From an uncultured Armatimonadetes bacterium (lineage in GTDB: Bacteria > Armatimonadota > Hebobacteria > Hebobacterales > Hebobacteraceae): 64,000 bases of DNA. Location: assembly GCA_963716175.1 (NCBI GenBank), contig OY970296.1:3616001-3680000 (forward strand). Direction: 5' to 3'. The stretch's first letter is position 1; each line of letters opens with the position of its first letter. The position numbers and the translations under genes are program-made. The notes under the pieces are model-generated. The model did no database searches, had not been told where the DNA came from, and saw nothing but the letters and a program-made list of their open reading frames with translations. Positions 42,461 to 52,651 of this stretch are shown here, in pieces.

Positions 42461-42512
42461 TCTCGCCCCCTATGGGCGGTCCCGGCGGCGCGCCGGAGGC
42501 CGCAGGCCGCAG

Positions 42513-44190
42513 CTACATCTGCTCCGGCGCGGAGACACCCATGATACCCAGCACGATCCGCAGCACGGTGCGGGTGGCCTGCACCAACGCCAGCCGGGCC
42601 GCGGTCAGCTCCCGGTCATCGCCCAGCACGCGGCAGTTGGTGTAGAAGCCGTGGAAGACCGCGGCCAGCTCCCGCGCGTAGCGGGTCATGCGATGGGGCT
42701 CGTAGCGGGCTGCCGCCTGATCCACCTCGTCGGGCAGCTCGGCGAGCTTGCGCATCAGCGCCAGCTCATCCGGTTCCCCGAGCCGATCCAGGCTGGCCCG
42801 CGCGACGTCCGCGCCGGCCATCCCGCGCCCCTCGGCCTCCCGCAGGATGCTGCAGATGCGGGCGTGCGCATACTGAACGTAGTAGACGGGATTCTCGGCC
42901 GCCTGCTTCTTCGCCAGCTCCAGGTCGAAATCGAGGTGGCTGTCCATGGACTGCATCAGGAAGAAGAAGCGCGCGGCATCGTGACCCACATCATCCAGCA
43001 GCCCGGCGAGAGGAACGATGTCGCCGGCGCGCTTGGACATGCGCACCATCTCCGACCCGCGGAAAAGGCGCACGATCTGGTGGATGAGGATCTCGAACCG
43101 GGAGGGGTCATAGCCCAGGGCCTGCACCCCGGCCTTGGTCCGCTTCACATGCCCCTGGTGATCCGGCCCCCAGATATCTATCAAGTGCTCGAAGCCGCGG
43201 TCGAACTTGTTCTTGTGATAGGCGATATCGGCGGCGAGGTAGCTGGGCCGGCCGTCATTGCGCACCAGCACCTGATCCTGGTCGTCGCCCAGGGCAGTGG
43301 CGCGCAGCCAGAGCGCGCCATCCGCCTCATAGGTGTACCCTCTCGCCTTCAGCATCTCCAGGGCCCCGGTCACTTCATCGCTGGCGTAGAGGGAACTCTC
43401 CGCGAACCAGGTATCGAAGTGAACCGCGAAGGCGGCCATGTCCTGCTGGTGACTCTCGACGATCTTCTGCAGCGAGTAGTGGTAGAGCGCCGAGAGCCGA
43501 TCCTCCTGCGACATCGCCAGATACCGGTCGCCCTCGGCCTGCACCAGCTCTTCTGCCATCGTGATCACGTAGTCGCCCTGGTAGCCGTCCTCCGGGACCA
43601 CCGCCGGCCGCCCCAGGCGCTGTAGATAGCGCGCCTCCAGCGTCTCCGCGAACCGGCGGACCTGGGTGCTATTGGTGGCGTCGTTCACATAGTACTCGCG
43701 GGAGACCGCCCAGCCGGTGCGGGCGAAGAGGTGGGCCAGGGCGTCTCCCAGCGCGGCGGCGCGGCCCTGCACCACCGCCAGCGGCCCGGTGGGGTTGGCG
43801 CTCACGAACTCCAGCAGCAGCCTCCTGCTTCCGCCCACATTGGAGCGAGCGTAATCCTCGCCCTGCTCGCCGATCTGCCGTACCACTGCTCGCAGCCAGC
43901 TCGGGGCCAGAGTGAAGTTGATGAATCCTGGGCCGGCCACCTCAACCCGCTCCACCACTCCCTCAGGCAACTGAAGATGGCCCACGAGAGCTTCCGCGAT
44001 CTCCCGCGCTTGGCCTCCGGTCTGGCTAGCGACCACCATGGCAAGGCTGGTGGAGAAATCTCCATGGCGAGCGTCCCGCGGCGCCTGCAGGTCCACTGGC
44101 ACCGGCTCGGAGCCACGGGGTACCCGGCCCGCGGTCTCGCGCGCGCTCCAGCGCCTGGCCCAATGCTGTGGTGAGCAGCTCTCTCGCCAT
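42513..44190 (-). CDS. argS: Arginine--tRNA ligase (frameshift near 44135)
   Basis: HGDFST, AGPGFINF, EFVSANPTGPL, MSKRAG, NPVYYVQYAHARICS, SAPEQM; N-terminus MARELL is in another frame. Confidence 0.95.
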
Positions 44191-44191
44191 T

Positions 44192-45373
44192 CTATCCTAT
44201 CCAGCGCGACCAAAGCGCGGCCAGCACAGGCCACCCATACTCGGCCAGGGCCGCCACCACCATGAACCCAGCGGCGACCTGCACGAAGCCAGCATTCCAG
44301 ACGCGCCGCATCGTGGTGCTGCGCACGGCCGGCTGGCTCCTGACCTGCGCCAGCAGCGCTTCCCCTGTCTTGATGGCCCCCTCTAACTGGCGATCAGTGG
44401 GGGGCCTGGTAGTCACCCAGCGCTGCAGCCCGGCCCCCACTCGCCGCCAGGTCAGCAGGATGATGGTCACCAGCGCCACCAGCGCCAGCGCCCGAGTCGC
44501 TTCGTCCACCGCCGAGTTCATGGAGGAGAAAAACTGCTCGCTGATCAACAGCAGAATCAGCAGCGCCATCAGGTTCGTCCCGCAGCGGGGGTGCACCCGG
44601 GGCATCGCCCTCACCTTCTCCGGAGTCAGGTCCTCTCCTTCCTCGATCGCATGCACCACCATGTGCTCGGCCGCGTGAATGCCGGTGAGCGGAGACAGCC
44701 GCAGCAGCAGCAGGAAGACCGCCATTTGCATGACGTAGGCTGTCAGCACTGCCGCCATCCCGGCGCTGCCGGGCGCTGCCACCCTTGGCGACGGCGCTGA
44801 AGCCAGCCACGCTCCGGCGAACTTCGCCAGGCCAAAGATGATGCTATAGGAGATCAGGTTGATGATCATCAAGGCCGCGCCAGTGGAGGCGAGGGAGAGG
44901 TTGCTGGCGCCTGCGCGGAGCGCACCGGTGGTGAGGTGAACTCCGAAGGGAGTGGCGAGGCCCGCAATGGGCGGAGGCGGGGGCTCTCCCACCAGCGCCG
45001 CCAGCAGGTCCCGGCGCAGCGCGATGCCCAGGTAACGGCCGTCCGCAGCGGTCACCGGGACGAAGCTCAGGTGCGTCTCCTGCAGGGCGCGCGCGATGCT
45101 GGCGATATCCTGGTGCTCGCTCACCACCAGCGCCACAGGCCGGGCCACCTGTCCCACCCGCACCTGGCTCGCCAGCGTCCCCGGATCGGGCGCTCCCGCC
45201 GCCAATGCCAGCAGATCGTCTTCGTACACCATGCCTGCCAATCGCCCCTCCTGGGCCACTGGAAGCGCGGGCAGGCCGCGCGCACGAAGCAGACGAATGG
45301 CCTTGGCGACGCTATCGTCCGCCATCAGCGGCGGTGCCGATCTGATCACATCCGGAAGCTCGCGGAGGGTCAT
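44192..45373 (-). CDS. CBS-pair plus DUF1385 membrane protein
   Basis: Two CBS-like repeats, then TM helices, [12 protein letters not shown] and HPRCGTN. Confidence 0.82.
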   Translation of the reverse strand: MTLRELPDVIRSAPPLMADDSVAKAIRLLRARGLPALPVAQEGRLAGMVYEDDLLALAAGAPDPGTLASQVRVGQVARPVALVVSEHQDIASIARALQETHLSFVPVTAADGRYLGIALRRDLLAALVGEPPPPPIAGLATPFGVHLTTGALRAGASNLSLASTGAALMIINLISYSIIFGLAKFAGAWLASAPSPRVAAPGSAGMAAVLTAYVMQMAVFLLLLRLSPLTGIHAAEHMVVHAIEEGEDLTPEKVRAMPRVHPRCGTNLMALLILLLISEQFFSSMNSAVDEATRALALVALVTIILLTWRRVGAGLQRWVTTRPPTDRQLEGAIKTGEALLAQVRSQPAVRSTTMRRVWNAGFVQVAAGFMVVAALAEYGWPVLAALWSRWIG

Positions 45374-45506
45374 CGGGGTGGTTGCTCAGGCTGTCATATG
45401 TGTGCTATCATACCATACCGCCGGGCAGCGCAGGTCCGCGACCTGCCACAAGCGGGCGTTCCTTGTCTGCCTCGCTGGGTGTGAACACCAATCGGGAGCT
45501 GTGCTA

Positions 45507-45698
45507 ATGGCCAGACGCTGTGAGATCTGTGGTAAAGGTCACCAGACCGGGATGAACGTGAGCCACTCCCACCTCCGCACCAAGCGGAGGTGGCTCCCGA
45601 ATCTGCAGCGGGTGAAGGTGATCCGGGAGGGGCGCCACATGACTCTGCGCGTCTGCGCAAAATGTCTCAAGGGCAACAAGGTGGTGCGCGCAGTCTAA
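45507..45698 (+). CDS. rpmB: 50S ribosomal protein L28
   Basis: [34 protein letters not shown]...VCAKCLK. Confidence 0.96.
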   Translation: MARRCEICGKGHQTGMNVSHSHLRTKRRWLPNLQRVKVIREGRHMTLRVCAKCLKGNKVVRAV

Positions 45699-46483
45699 GG
45701 CTGTCTCCCACACCCTCGCTTCGACCTCTGCTTTCGGTCCTCTGCGGCGCTCGCTCCGGTGCCGGCGGCGTTTTCGACCTCCCGCCACAGGCTGGCCAGC
45801 TCGCCCTGGGTTAGCTCCCGCCATTCGCCCGGCCTCAGGCGGCCAAGCGTCAACGGGCCCACCCGCGTCCTCACCAGGGACACCACCGGGTGGCCCACCG
45901 CCTGCAGCATTCTCCGCACCTGGCGCTTGCGTCCCGAGTGAATGCTGAGCTCGACTCGCGAAGTCTGACCACCCGAGCGCAACACTCGCACCCGGGCGGG
46001 CCCGGTGGGGCCGTCTTCCAGCACCATCCCCTGCCGGAGCTGACTCAGAGCGCGCTGGGAGGCGCGACCTTTGACCTCCGCTTCGTAGACCTTCTCCACG
46101 CCATAGCGAGGATGGGTCAGCCGCAGCGTGAGGTCGCCGTCATTGGTGATGATGAGCAGCCCCTCGGTGTCTGCGTCCAGGCGCCCCGCAGGGTAGAGGC
46201 GCTGCCTCGGATTGCCGATCAAGTCCAGGACGGTCTGCCGGCCGCGACGATCCAGCGCGGTAGACAGCGGCCCTCGGGGCTTGTTGAGCAGCAGGTAGAC
46301 CCGAGGCTGTATCCGCAGAGGCCGGCCGTCCAACTCAATGCGCGCTACCTGGGGATCCACCGGCAGCGCGGGATTGGTCACCACCTCGCCATCAACAGAG
46401 ACTCGGCCCGTTCGGACCAGTTCCGTTGCCCTGCGGCGGGAGGCGGCGCCGGCGACGGCGACGATTTTTGACAAGCTTGGCAC
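45695..46483 (-). CDS. rluB: RsuA/RluB-type pseudouridine synthase
   Basis: S4 domain ASRR...[30 protein letters not shown]. Confidence 0.88.
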   Translation of the reverse strand: MPSLSKIVAVAGAASRRRATELVRTGRVSVDGEVVTNPALPVDPQVARIELDGRPLRIQPRVYLLLNKPRGPLSTALDRRGRQTVLDLIGNPRQRLYPAGRLDADTEGLLIITNDGDLTLRLTHPRYGVEKVYEAEVKGRASQRALSQLRQGMVLEDGPTGPARVRVLRSGGQTSRVELSIHSGRKRQVRRMLQAVGHPVVSLVRTRVGPLTLGRLRPGEWRELTQGELASLWREVENAAGTGASAAEDRKQRSKRGCGRQP

Positions 46484-47660
46484 CAGCTCTAACCCCTACT
46501 GCCGCGCCTGCGAGAAAGGCCACCACCGGGACCGCCCAGGTCGCGGCCACCACCAAGCGCGATCGCATTACCTGCTCGCCAGCCAGCAGCTCCGACCTGG
46601 CAATTGCTTTTCCACCCGCCAGGATTCTTGCCTCTCCCACCACTGCTCGTCGGGCTACAGGCGCCGTCATGGGCTTCAGGCTGATCTGAAGCTGGCCGGC
46701 CGCGGGCAGGCCCGGCCCGACCACCTGGGCCAGCCCCTGCTGGCAGACGGCCGGAACCGAACCCTCTCGCCCGAATCGCACCGGGGCACGGCCCACCGCG
46801 TCCCCGCGCCGCGCGAACACGCGCTGCCGGTAAGCGGAAAAACCATAGTCCAGCAGGGCCAGCGCTTCCCCGTAGGTATCGGGGCTGTCGAGAACCACCG
46901 CAATGAGCTGCCATCCCTGCCTGGTCGCCGAGGCCACCAGGCACTGCCCGGACTCCCGGACATAGCCGGTCTTGACCCCGTCCACGTAGTCGGCGCGCCA
47001 GAGCAGTCTGTTGTGGTTCTGCAGGGTCTCCTTGCCGTTGACATCGGGCCGCGCCACCTCTGCCGTCTTCCGCCCCACCAGCTCGCGGAAGCGGTCGTAG
47101 TTCATCGCCTCTCGCGCGATCAGGGCGAGGTCATAGGCCGAGGAGTAGTGATCCGGGGCGTAGAGGCCGTGCGGGTTCACGAAGTGGCTATCCGCGGCGC
47201 CCAGTGATCTGGCCCGCTCGTTCATGAGCCGGGAGAAAGCGGTTACGCTTCCGGCGACGTGATCGGCGATGGCGACCGCGGCCCCGTTCGAGGATTTGAG
47301 CAGCAGCGCCGCGAGCAGGTCATCCAGAGTCATGCGCTCACCGGGCTGGAAGTCGAGGCCCGGGGATTTCACCTCGGTTGCGTCGGCGCCGATGGTGGCG
47401 TAGTCATTGAGATGGGCCGACTCGAGCGTCACCAGCGCGGTCATGATCTTGGTGGTGCTGGCCACCGGACGCCGCTGATGCATCGCCCGATCGCAGAGCA
47501 CAGCGCCGGTGGCCGCGTCCATCAGCACTGCGGCACTGGCACCAACAACCGGGGGCTGGCCTCGCGCCGGCGCCGCGATCGCCAGCGCGCAGAGCGCAAG
47601 CGCGAACGCCCGCGCGGTTGCCCGCCAGACGGCCGGCGGGCAGGCCTGCACCTGCTTCAT
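46392..47660 (-). CDS. D-alanyl-D-alanine carboxypeptidase (peptidase S11)
   Basis: SxxK ASTTKIMT, SSN, FVNPHGL, KTG; signal peptide and C-terminal TM helix. Confidence 0.92.
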   Translation of the reverse strand: MKQVQACPPAVWRATARAFALALCALAIAAPARGQPPVVGASAAVLMDAATGAVLCDRAMHQRRPVASTTKIMTALVTLESAHLNDYATIGADATEVKSPGLDFQPGERMTLDDLLAALLLKSSNGAAVAIADHVAGSVTAFSRLMNERARSLGAADSHFVNPHGLYAPDHYSSAYDLALIAREAMNYDRFRELVGRKTAEVARPDVNGKETLQNHNRLLWRADYVDGVKTGYVRESGQCLVASATRQGWQLIAVVLDSPDTYGEALALLDYGFSAYRQRVFARRGDAVGRAPVRFGREGSVPAVCQQGLAQVVGPGLPAAGQLQISLKPMTAPVARRAVVGEARILAGGKAIARSELLAGEQVMRSRLVVAATWAVPVVAFLAGAAVGVRAGAKLVKNRRRRRRRLPPQGNGTGPNGPSLC

Positions 47661-48346
47661 CCTGCCGACAGCTCCTGCGCCTCCGATCCAGTAGGTTCCT
47701 CGCCGCTCTCCGGCTCCCTGTCCGAGCGCAGCGATTCCGCGCCGGCGCGGGCCTCGGCCTCATCCACCGGAATGGTATCGAGCCGCGGCAGGTCCTGAAT
47801 GGTGTTCAACCCGAACTTGCCCAAGAAGTTGTCGGTGGTGCGATAGAGCACTGGGCGACCCGGCGCCTCTTTGCGCCCGGCCTCCTGCACCAACTCATAC
47901 TGAAGCAATGTGTCCAGCGGGGAGTCCGAGTTCACGCCCCGGATGGCGTCAATCTCCGGCCGAGTAACCGGCTGCTTATAGGCCACGATGGCCAGCGTTT
48001 CCAGCGCCGCGCGAGAGAGCCGGAAGCGCTCGGGGCGGTGCAGCCGGGCCACGTAACGGCCGTACTCCGGGCGAGTCGCCACCTGATACCCGCCGGCCAC
48101 TCGCTGCACCTGAAGGCCGCGATGGGCATAATCAGCCTCCAACTGCTGGGCGAGAGCGTCGGCCTGCGGTGGGGTGATGCCCAGAATCTCGGCCAGATCC
48201 TGGGCCGAGAGGGGTTCGGCGGCCACGAAGAGCACCGCCTCCAAAGCGCACAACTCTGCGGCAGGGCAGGGATTCCCGTTCCCACCACTTGCTGCCTCGG
48301 CGGGCATAGGCATGCCCGCCCCACAGTCCGGCCCTGGGTTGGTCAT
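47657..48346 (-). CDS. scpB: SMC-ScpAB subunit ScpB
   Basis: LEAVLF, VAGGYQ, LSRAALETLAIVAYKQPVTR, IRGVNS, PGRP. Confidence 0.95.
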   Translation of the reverse strand: MTNPGPDCGAGMPMPAEAASGGNGNPCPAAELCALEAVLFVAAEPLSAQDLAEILGITPPQADALAQQLEADYAHRGLQVQRVAGGYQVATRPEYGRYVARLHRPERFRLSRAALETLAIVAYKQPVTRPEIDAIRGVNSDSPLDTLLQYELVQEAGRKEAPGRPVLYRTTDNFLGKFGLNTIQDLPRLDTIPVDEAEARAGAESLRSDREPESGEEPTGSEAQELSAG

Positions 48347-48388
48347 TCCGCCTCGGATACTCCCTCCGACTCGTGCTATGTGACGAAA

Positions 48389-49207
48389 CTACTCGGCAGG
48401 GCAGCAGTAGACTCGGATCTCTCCGAACGACCCCTCCTGCGCCACCCGCAGCCGCCGCAGGCGGATCAGCTCGAGCAGGGCGAGGAAGGTGACGATCACC
48501 TCCAGCCGAGTGGCGCTCTCGACGAACAGGTCCACAAACCTAATGCCTTCCTTCGCCCACCGAAGACGGGCCGCGATGGCCGCGATCTTCTGCGCCACCG
48601 TGAAGCGAGGGCGCGTCAGCTCCCCTGGACGTGGCTCCCTGACCCGGTTCAGCACGCTCTGGAAGGCCGCCCACAGGTCGAAAGGTGAAACCTCGTTCAG
48701 CATCAGGTAGGGGCGCTCGTGGCCGTTCCCATTCCCGTTTCCATTGCTCAACTCGCCGCGGGAGAACATCAACCGCTGGATCTCGGCCCGGGCGCGCAGC
48801 TCCTCCGCCACCAGCTTGAAGCGGCGGTACTCGATCAGCCGCGCCACCAGGGCCGCACGGGGATCGCCGACCTCCTCCTCTTCCGGTTGCGGCTGCTCCT
48901 GTCTCGGCAGCAGCAGGCGCGACTTGATCTCCAGCAACTGCGCGGCCATCACCAGAAACTCGCCGGCAACCTCGATGTTCAGGTGCTCCAGGCCGGCGAG
49001 ATAGCTCAGATACTGGTCGGTGATGTGCTCGATGGGGATATCGAAGATGTCGATCTCTTCCCGTTCGATGAGGAAGAGGAGCAGGTCGAGCGGCCCTTCG
49101 AAGATGGGGAGCTTCACCGGATGGCCGGTGAAAACCCGCTCCGGCGCGGTCGGCGTCGCCGCCCAGCCCTGGGCGGCGATCTCGGGGGCAATCATGGCCT
49201 TCTCCAC
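48389..49207 (-). CDS. scpA: SMC-ScpAB kleisin subunit ScpA
   Basis: FEGPLDLLLFLI, EFLVMAAQLLEIKSRLLLP, VTFLALLEL. Start may be 49195. Confidence 0.95.
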   Translation of the reverse strand: MEKAMIAPEIAAQGWAATPTAPERVFTGHPVKLPIFEGPLDLLLFLIEREEIDIFDIPIEHITDQYLSYLAGLEHLNIEVAGEFLVMAAQLLEIKSRLLLPRQEQPQPEEEEVGDPRAALVARLIEYRRFKLVAEELRARAEIQRLMFSRGELSNGNGNGNGHERPYLMLNEVSPFDLWAAFQSVLNRVREPRPGELTRPRFTVAQKIAAIAARLRWAKEGIRFVDLFVESATRLEVIVTFLALLELIRLRRLRVAQEGSFGEIRVYCCPAE

Positions 49208-49220
49208 TGCCGCGATTTGT

Positions 49221-49268
49221 GTGGCTAGGCCCTTCGGGCCGCCACCCCGGCTGCCGTAGGCAGCCTAG
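49221..49268. repeat. Family D branched-hairpin element (degenerate)
   Basis: GTGGCTAGGCCCTTCGGGCCGCCA...GGCTGCCGTAGGCAGCCTAG; similar to 28632-28686 and 24231-24277. Confidence 0.7.
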
Positions 49269-49318
49269 GGGCTGTGAAATCTGCTTTGCTCGCTGCTGCT
49301 GGCCCCCAAGGGGGGCTT

Positions 49319-49422
49319 CTAATGATGTTCGCACCACGAAGTAATGTGCGAACATCGCCCTGTGCCTGTCTGGCCCGCTTCTTGAGCTTCGCCGTGTTAC
49401 TTCATTCGGCGAAGCTCCTTAG
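49319..49422 (+). mobile_element. Family B MITE-like element, copy 2
   Basis: CTAATGATGTTCGCAC...GTGCGAACATC...GAGCTTCGCCG...CGGCGAAGCTCCTTAG. Confidence 0.85.
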
Positions 49423-49467
49423 ATATGCCTCATTCCGGCTGCGCTCTCCACCCCTGTAGGCCGGGCG

Positions 49468-49513
49468 TCCAGCCTTCGTAGCCGAAAGCACCTCGGCTGC
49501 TTGGGCGGAGTAC
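49468..49513 (-). repeat. Family E palindromic element
   Basis: TACTCCGCCCAAGCAGC-hairpin-GCTACGAAGGCTGGA; similar to 15398-15445 and 28541-28597. Confidence 0.7.
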
Positions 49514-49533
49514 ACTACCCGTCCCCGCCGCGT

Positions 49534-50532
49534 CTACCGCAGCTTCATCGCCCGCCAGACCAGGTCCATCGTCTCCTCTGTCTTCTGCCGGGCGCGGCGC
49601 GCGCCTTCCTCCACGATGGCGTTCACCCGCGCTGGGTCGGCCGAGAGCGCGGCCCGCCGCTCCCAGAGCGGACCCAGGGCGCGGATCACGCTATCGGCGA
49701 GATGCTTCTTGTGCTCCACACAACCCAGTCGCCCGCCCTCGCAGTCCACCTTCGCCTGGGGTGCGTCTTCGGCCGAATAGGCGACATGATAGGCGTAGAC
49801 GGGGCACTCCAGAGGATGGCCCGGGTCGGCCTTGTGAATCTTGGTGGGATCGGTGAACATCCGGCTGACCTTCTGCCGCACCACCTCCGGCGTGTCTGCC
49901 AGGTAGATGCAGTTGCCATAGGACTTGCTCATCTTGCGCCCGTCCAGCCCTGGCAGCACGGCGAACTCGGTGAGCAGGGCTTCGGGCTCCGGGAACGTCT
50001 GCCCATAGAGCTGGTTGAAACGGCGCGCGATCTCCCGGGTCAGCTCCAGGTGGGGCACCTGATCCCGCCCCACTGGCACGGCGTGGGCGCGATAGACCAG
50101 AATGTCGGCGGCCATCAGCACCGGGTAGCCGAGCAAGCCATAGGAGGGGCTGACGATATGGAGTTGCTCTTTCTTCTCCTTGTAGGTAGGGACGCGCTCC
50201 AGCCAGCTCAGCGAGGTGATCATAGAGAGCAGCACGTGCAGCTCGCAGTGCGCGGGCACGTGAGACTGCACCACCACCGCGGTCTTCTCCGGGTCAATGC
50301 CCGCCGCCAGGTAGTCAATCGCCACCTCTCGCACGTACTCCAGCACGTTGCCGGTGTCCTCGTAGGCGGTGGTGAGGGAATGCAGATCCACGATGCCGGC
50401 ATAGAACTCGTATTCGTCCTGCAGGCGCACCCAGTTGCGCAGGGCCCCCTCCAGGTTGCCAAGGTGCAGCAATCCCGTGGCCTGCATGGCGCTGAAGATG
50501 ACCCTTCGCTCGCTTCTCGATCCGGCGGACAT
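49534..50532 (-). CDS. trpS: Tryptophan--tRNA ligase
   Basis: TGLLHLGN, YPVLMAADIL, VPVGRDQ, KMSKS. Confidence 0.96.
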   Translation of the reverse strand: MSAGSRSERRVIFSAMQATGLLHLGNLEGALRNWVRLQDEYEFYAGIVDLHSLTTAYEDTGNVLEYVREVAIDYLAAGIDPEKTAVVVQSHVPAHCELHVLLSMITSLSWLERVPTYKEKKEQLHIVSPSYGLLGYPVLMAADILVYRAHAVPVGRDQVPHLELTREIARRFNQLYGQTFPEPEALLTEFAVLPGLDGRKMSKSYGNCIYLADTPEVVRQKVSRMFTDPTKIHKADPGHPLECPVYAYHVAYSAEDAPQAKVDCEGGRLGCVEHKKHLADSVIRALGPLWERRAALSADPARVNAIVEEGARRARQKTEETMDLVWRAMKLR

Positions 50533-50542
50533 GGCGCTGCTC

Positions 50543-51199
50543 TCAGCCGCCTCGCTTCCCCAGGTCGGCCTCGAACTCTGCCAGCGCGGCCTCCAGGTGC
50601 TGCTGCCGGATGGCATTGGTGAGATCGCCGCGGGTGCGCTCGATCAAGGATCGGGTCACGTCCGCAGTGCGCTTCAGACCGCCGGAGATAGCGGTCGGGT
50701 AATCGAAGGACACCATGGCGTAGTAGATCTCGTCCATCGCTCCCAGCAGTCCCTCTCCCCAGTGCATATCATTGGCGCGTATCCGATCGAGGGCGTGGCG
50801 CCGCAGCTCCCCCACCGCCTCGCCCATCCCGTTGAGGTAAGCCGCGTACCCCACTTTGATCTCGTCCGGGTCGGGCAGCGGTTCGCCGCGAATCAGCGCG
50901 TAGGTGATGTGAGCCTCCGCGTGCTCCTTCTGCGAGTCATGCACGAACCCGGCGTAGTAGACATCAGGGTGGTCCTTGAGCGCCCCGTCCACCTCCCGCA
51001 GCAGGCCGGCGCTCTGGTCCATCAGCCCCATGGCGTCCTCGAACTCGGCGCGGTGCACGGCCCGGATGGCGTTGGCGCTGTTTCGGATCACCTCCCGGGC
51101 GAGGACGAGAGCGCGCTCCCGCGCCGCATCCTTGGCCTCGAAGTTCTGGCGAATCCTCTCGCAAATGCCGCTCAGCTCTCGCAGCGCGCGCTCAGGCAT
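50543..51199 (-). CDS. Translin/TRAX family protein
   Basis: All-helical 218 aa; D..RE.AL...REVIR.S..AI..VHR, QKEHAEA, YLNGMGEAVGELRR, GLKRTAD. Confidence 0.88.
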   Translation of the reverse strand: MPERALRELSGICERIRQNFEAKDAARERALVLAREVIRNSANAIRAVHRAEFEDAMGLMDQSAGLLREVDGALKDHPDVYYAGFVHDSQKEHAEAHITYALIRGEPLPDPDEIKVGYAAYLNGMGEAVGELRRHALDRIRANDMHWGEGLLGAMDEIYYAMVSFDYPTAISGGLKRTADVTRSLIERTRGDLTNAIRQQHLEAALAEFEADLGKRGG

Positions 51200-51245
51200 C
51201 GTCTTACCTCCCGGGAATCTCCCACTAAAGGTGGTATCCCGCGTC

Positions 51246-52034
51246 TCAGGCGAGGTCGAGGCGCTGCAAGGACCGGAATCCCTCGCGCGCCACCACCACT
51301 GAGTCTTCCTGCCAGTAGCCCTCGTTGTGCAGCTCCAGGCAATAGTACCCGGAGTAGCCCTTCGACCTCAAGGCCGCCAGCAGCTCCTCCAGCGGCAGCA
51401 CCCCGGTGCCCGGGTAGACCCGGTGACGATTCTCCATCTCGTAGCGGGGCAGGGCCATGCAGTCGCTGAGCTGCACCAGTGATATCTTCTCCCCGGGCAG
51501 CGGCTCCAGCATATCCAGGCTGGAACCCCCCTGGTAGAAATAGAAGCTGTCTATCACCAGTCCACTGTTCTCCGCCTCCGCCACCTCCACGATCTCCCAG
51601 GCCGCGGCCAGGGTGTTCACCTGCTGGAACGAGCCCACGAACTCCAGACCCACCCTCACCCCATAGGGATGGGCGAGGCGGCACAACTCGTGAAACTGAG
51701 CGGCCGCGGTCAAGGGCTCGATCTCCCCGCTGGGAGGACAGGCGATCACCACCGCGCAGTCCAGGTTGGCGGCCAGCTCGAAGGCCTGCTCCGCCCGCGC
51801 CAGGGCCATCGTGCGCCAGGTGCGGTCCGGGTCCATCCATCCCGACAGTCCCGACAGGTCGGATACCCGGATGCCGCTCAGCCTCACCTCCTCCACCCCG
51901 GCCTCGCCTTGCTCCGCCATCTCGTCCCAGATCAAGCCTACCGCGCCAAACCCCGCGGTGCGAGCCGCGTACAGCTTCGCCTCCAGGGAGGCGGGCTGGA
52001 TGGTGGCGAGATGAAGGGAAGCCTTATTCGGCAT
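51246..52034 (-). CDS. Sugar phosphate isomerase/epimerase (IolE/IolI-like TIM barrel)
   Basis: VGLEFVG, GLVIDSF, VQLSD, RVYPGTG, GYSGYYCLEL. Confidence 0.85.
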   Translation of the reverse strand: MPNKASLHLATIQPASLEAKLYAARTAGFGAVGLIWDEMAEQGEAGVEEVRLSGIRVSDLSGLSGWMDPDRTWRTMALARAEQAFELAANLDCAVVIACPPSGEIEPLTAAAQFHELCRLAHPYGVRVGLEFVGSFQQVNTLAAAWEIVEVAEAENSGLVIDSFYFYQGGSSLDMLEPLPGEKISLVQLSDCMALPRYEMENRHRVYPGTGVLPLEELLAALRSKGYSGYYCLELHNEGYWQEDSVVVAREGFRSLQRLDLA

Positions 52035-52650
52035 GCCTTCCCTTCTCCGTGCCGGCCCCGAGTTCCTGGTCGAGGATGAGCCGAAGCTGGCGCATGTCCG
52101 CCTCCAGCTCATCAACCACGCGGGCCTGATGCAGCGCCGCGGCCGGGTGATAGACGGGGACATAGAGGATGCCGCTCATGCGCCTGGGCTTCCCGTGCTC
52201 GCGGCTGATCGAGAGCTTCGGGTCAATCAGCGATTGGGCGGCGAACCGGCCCAGGGCGCAGATCACCTTCGGGGTGATGAGCGCGATCTGCGCGATCAGG
52301 TAATCGTGGCAGGCGGCGATCTCCTCAGGGCGAGGATCGCGGTTCCCCGGGGGCCGGCACTTCACCAGATTGGTGATGAAAACCTGGCGCCGATCGATGC
52401 GGATGCCACGCAACAGGTTAGTCAGCAGCTTCCCCGCAGTGCCCACGAAGGGCCGGCCTTGCTGGTCTTCCTCAGCTCCAGGGGCCTCGCCCACGAACAT
52501 CACCTGGGAATCCACCGAGCCTTCGCCCGGGACCGCGTTGGTGCGACTGCGGCAGAGCGCGCACAGGGGGCAGCGCCGGATCTGCGCATGCACCTCCTCC
52601 AGCGCCGCTTCCCGTTCTGTAGGGCGGGCATGCCCATGCCCGCCAGCCAT
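52024..52650 (-). CDS. Uracil-DNA glycosylase family 4
   Basis: Cxx[31 protein letters not shown]. Confidence 0.95.
   Translation of the reverse strand: MAGGHGHARPTEREAALEEVHAQIRRCPLCALCRSRTNAVPGEGSVDSQVMFVGEAPGAEEDQQGRPFVGTAGKLLTNLLRGIRIDRRQVFITNLVKCRPPGNRDPRPEEIAACHDYLIAQIALITPKVICALGRFAAQSLIDPKLSISREHGKPRRMSGILYVPVYHPAAALHQARVVDELEADMRQLRLILDQELGAGTEKGRHAE
52619..52644 (+). repeat. REP (family A) inside the predicted UDG 5' coding end
   Basis: GTAGGGCGGGCATGCCCATGCCCGCC. Confidence 0.85.
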
Positions 52651-52651
52651 G

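Noticed and set aside
46392-46483. 92-nt overlap between the carboxypeptidase and rluB with a poly-Arg tail
   Set aside because: The tail is simply the alternative-frame reading of the rluB start after the TM anchor; there is no evidence of separate function.
49274-49459. Small ORFs sharing MFAxRSxVRTSPCAxL (also near 15100 and 56200)
   Set aside because: They are translations of the family B repeat with inconsistent starts and stops, not a protein family.
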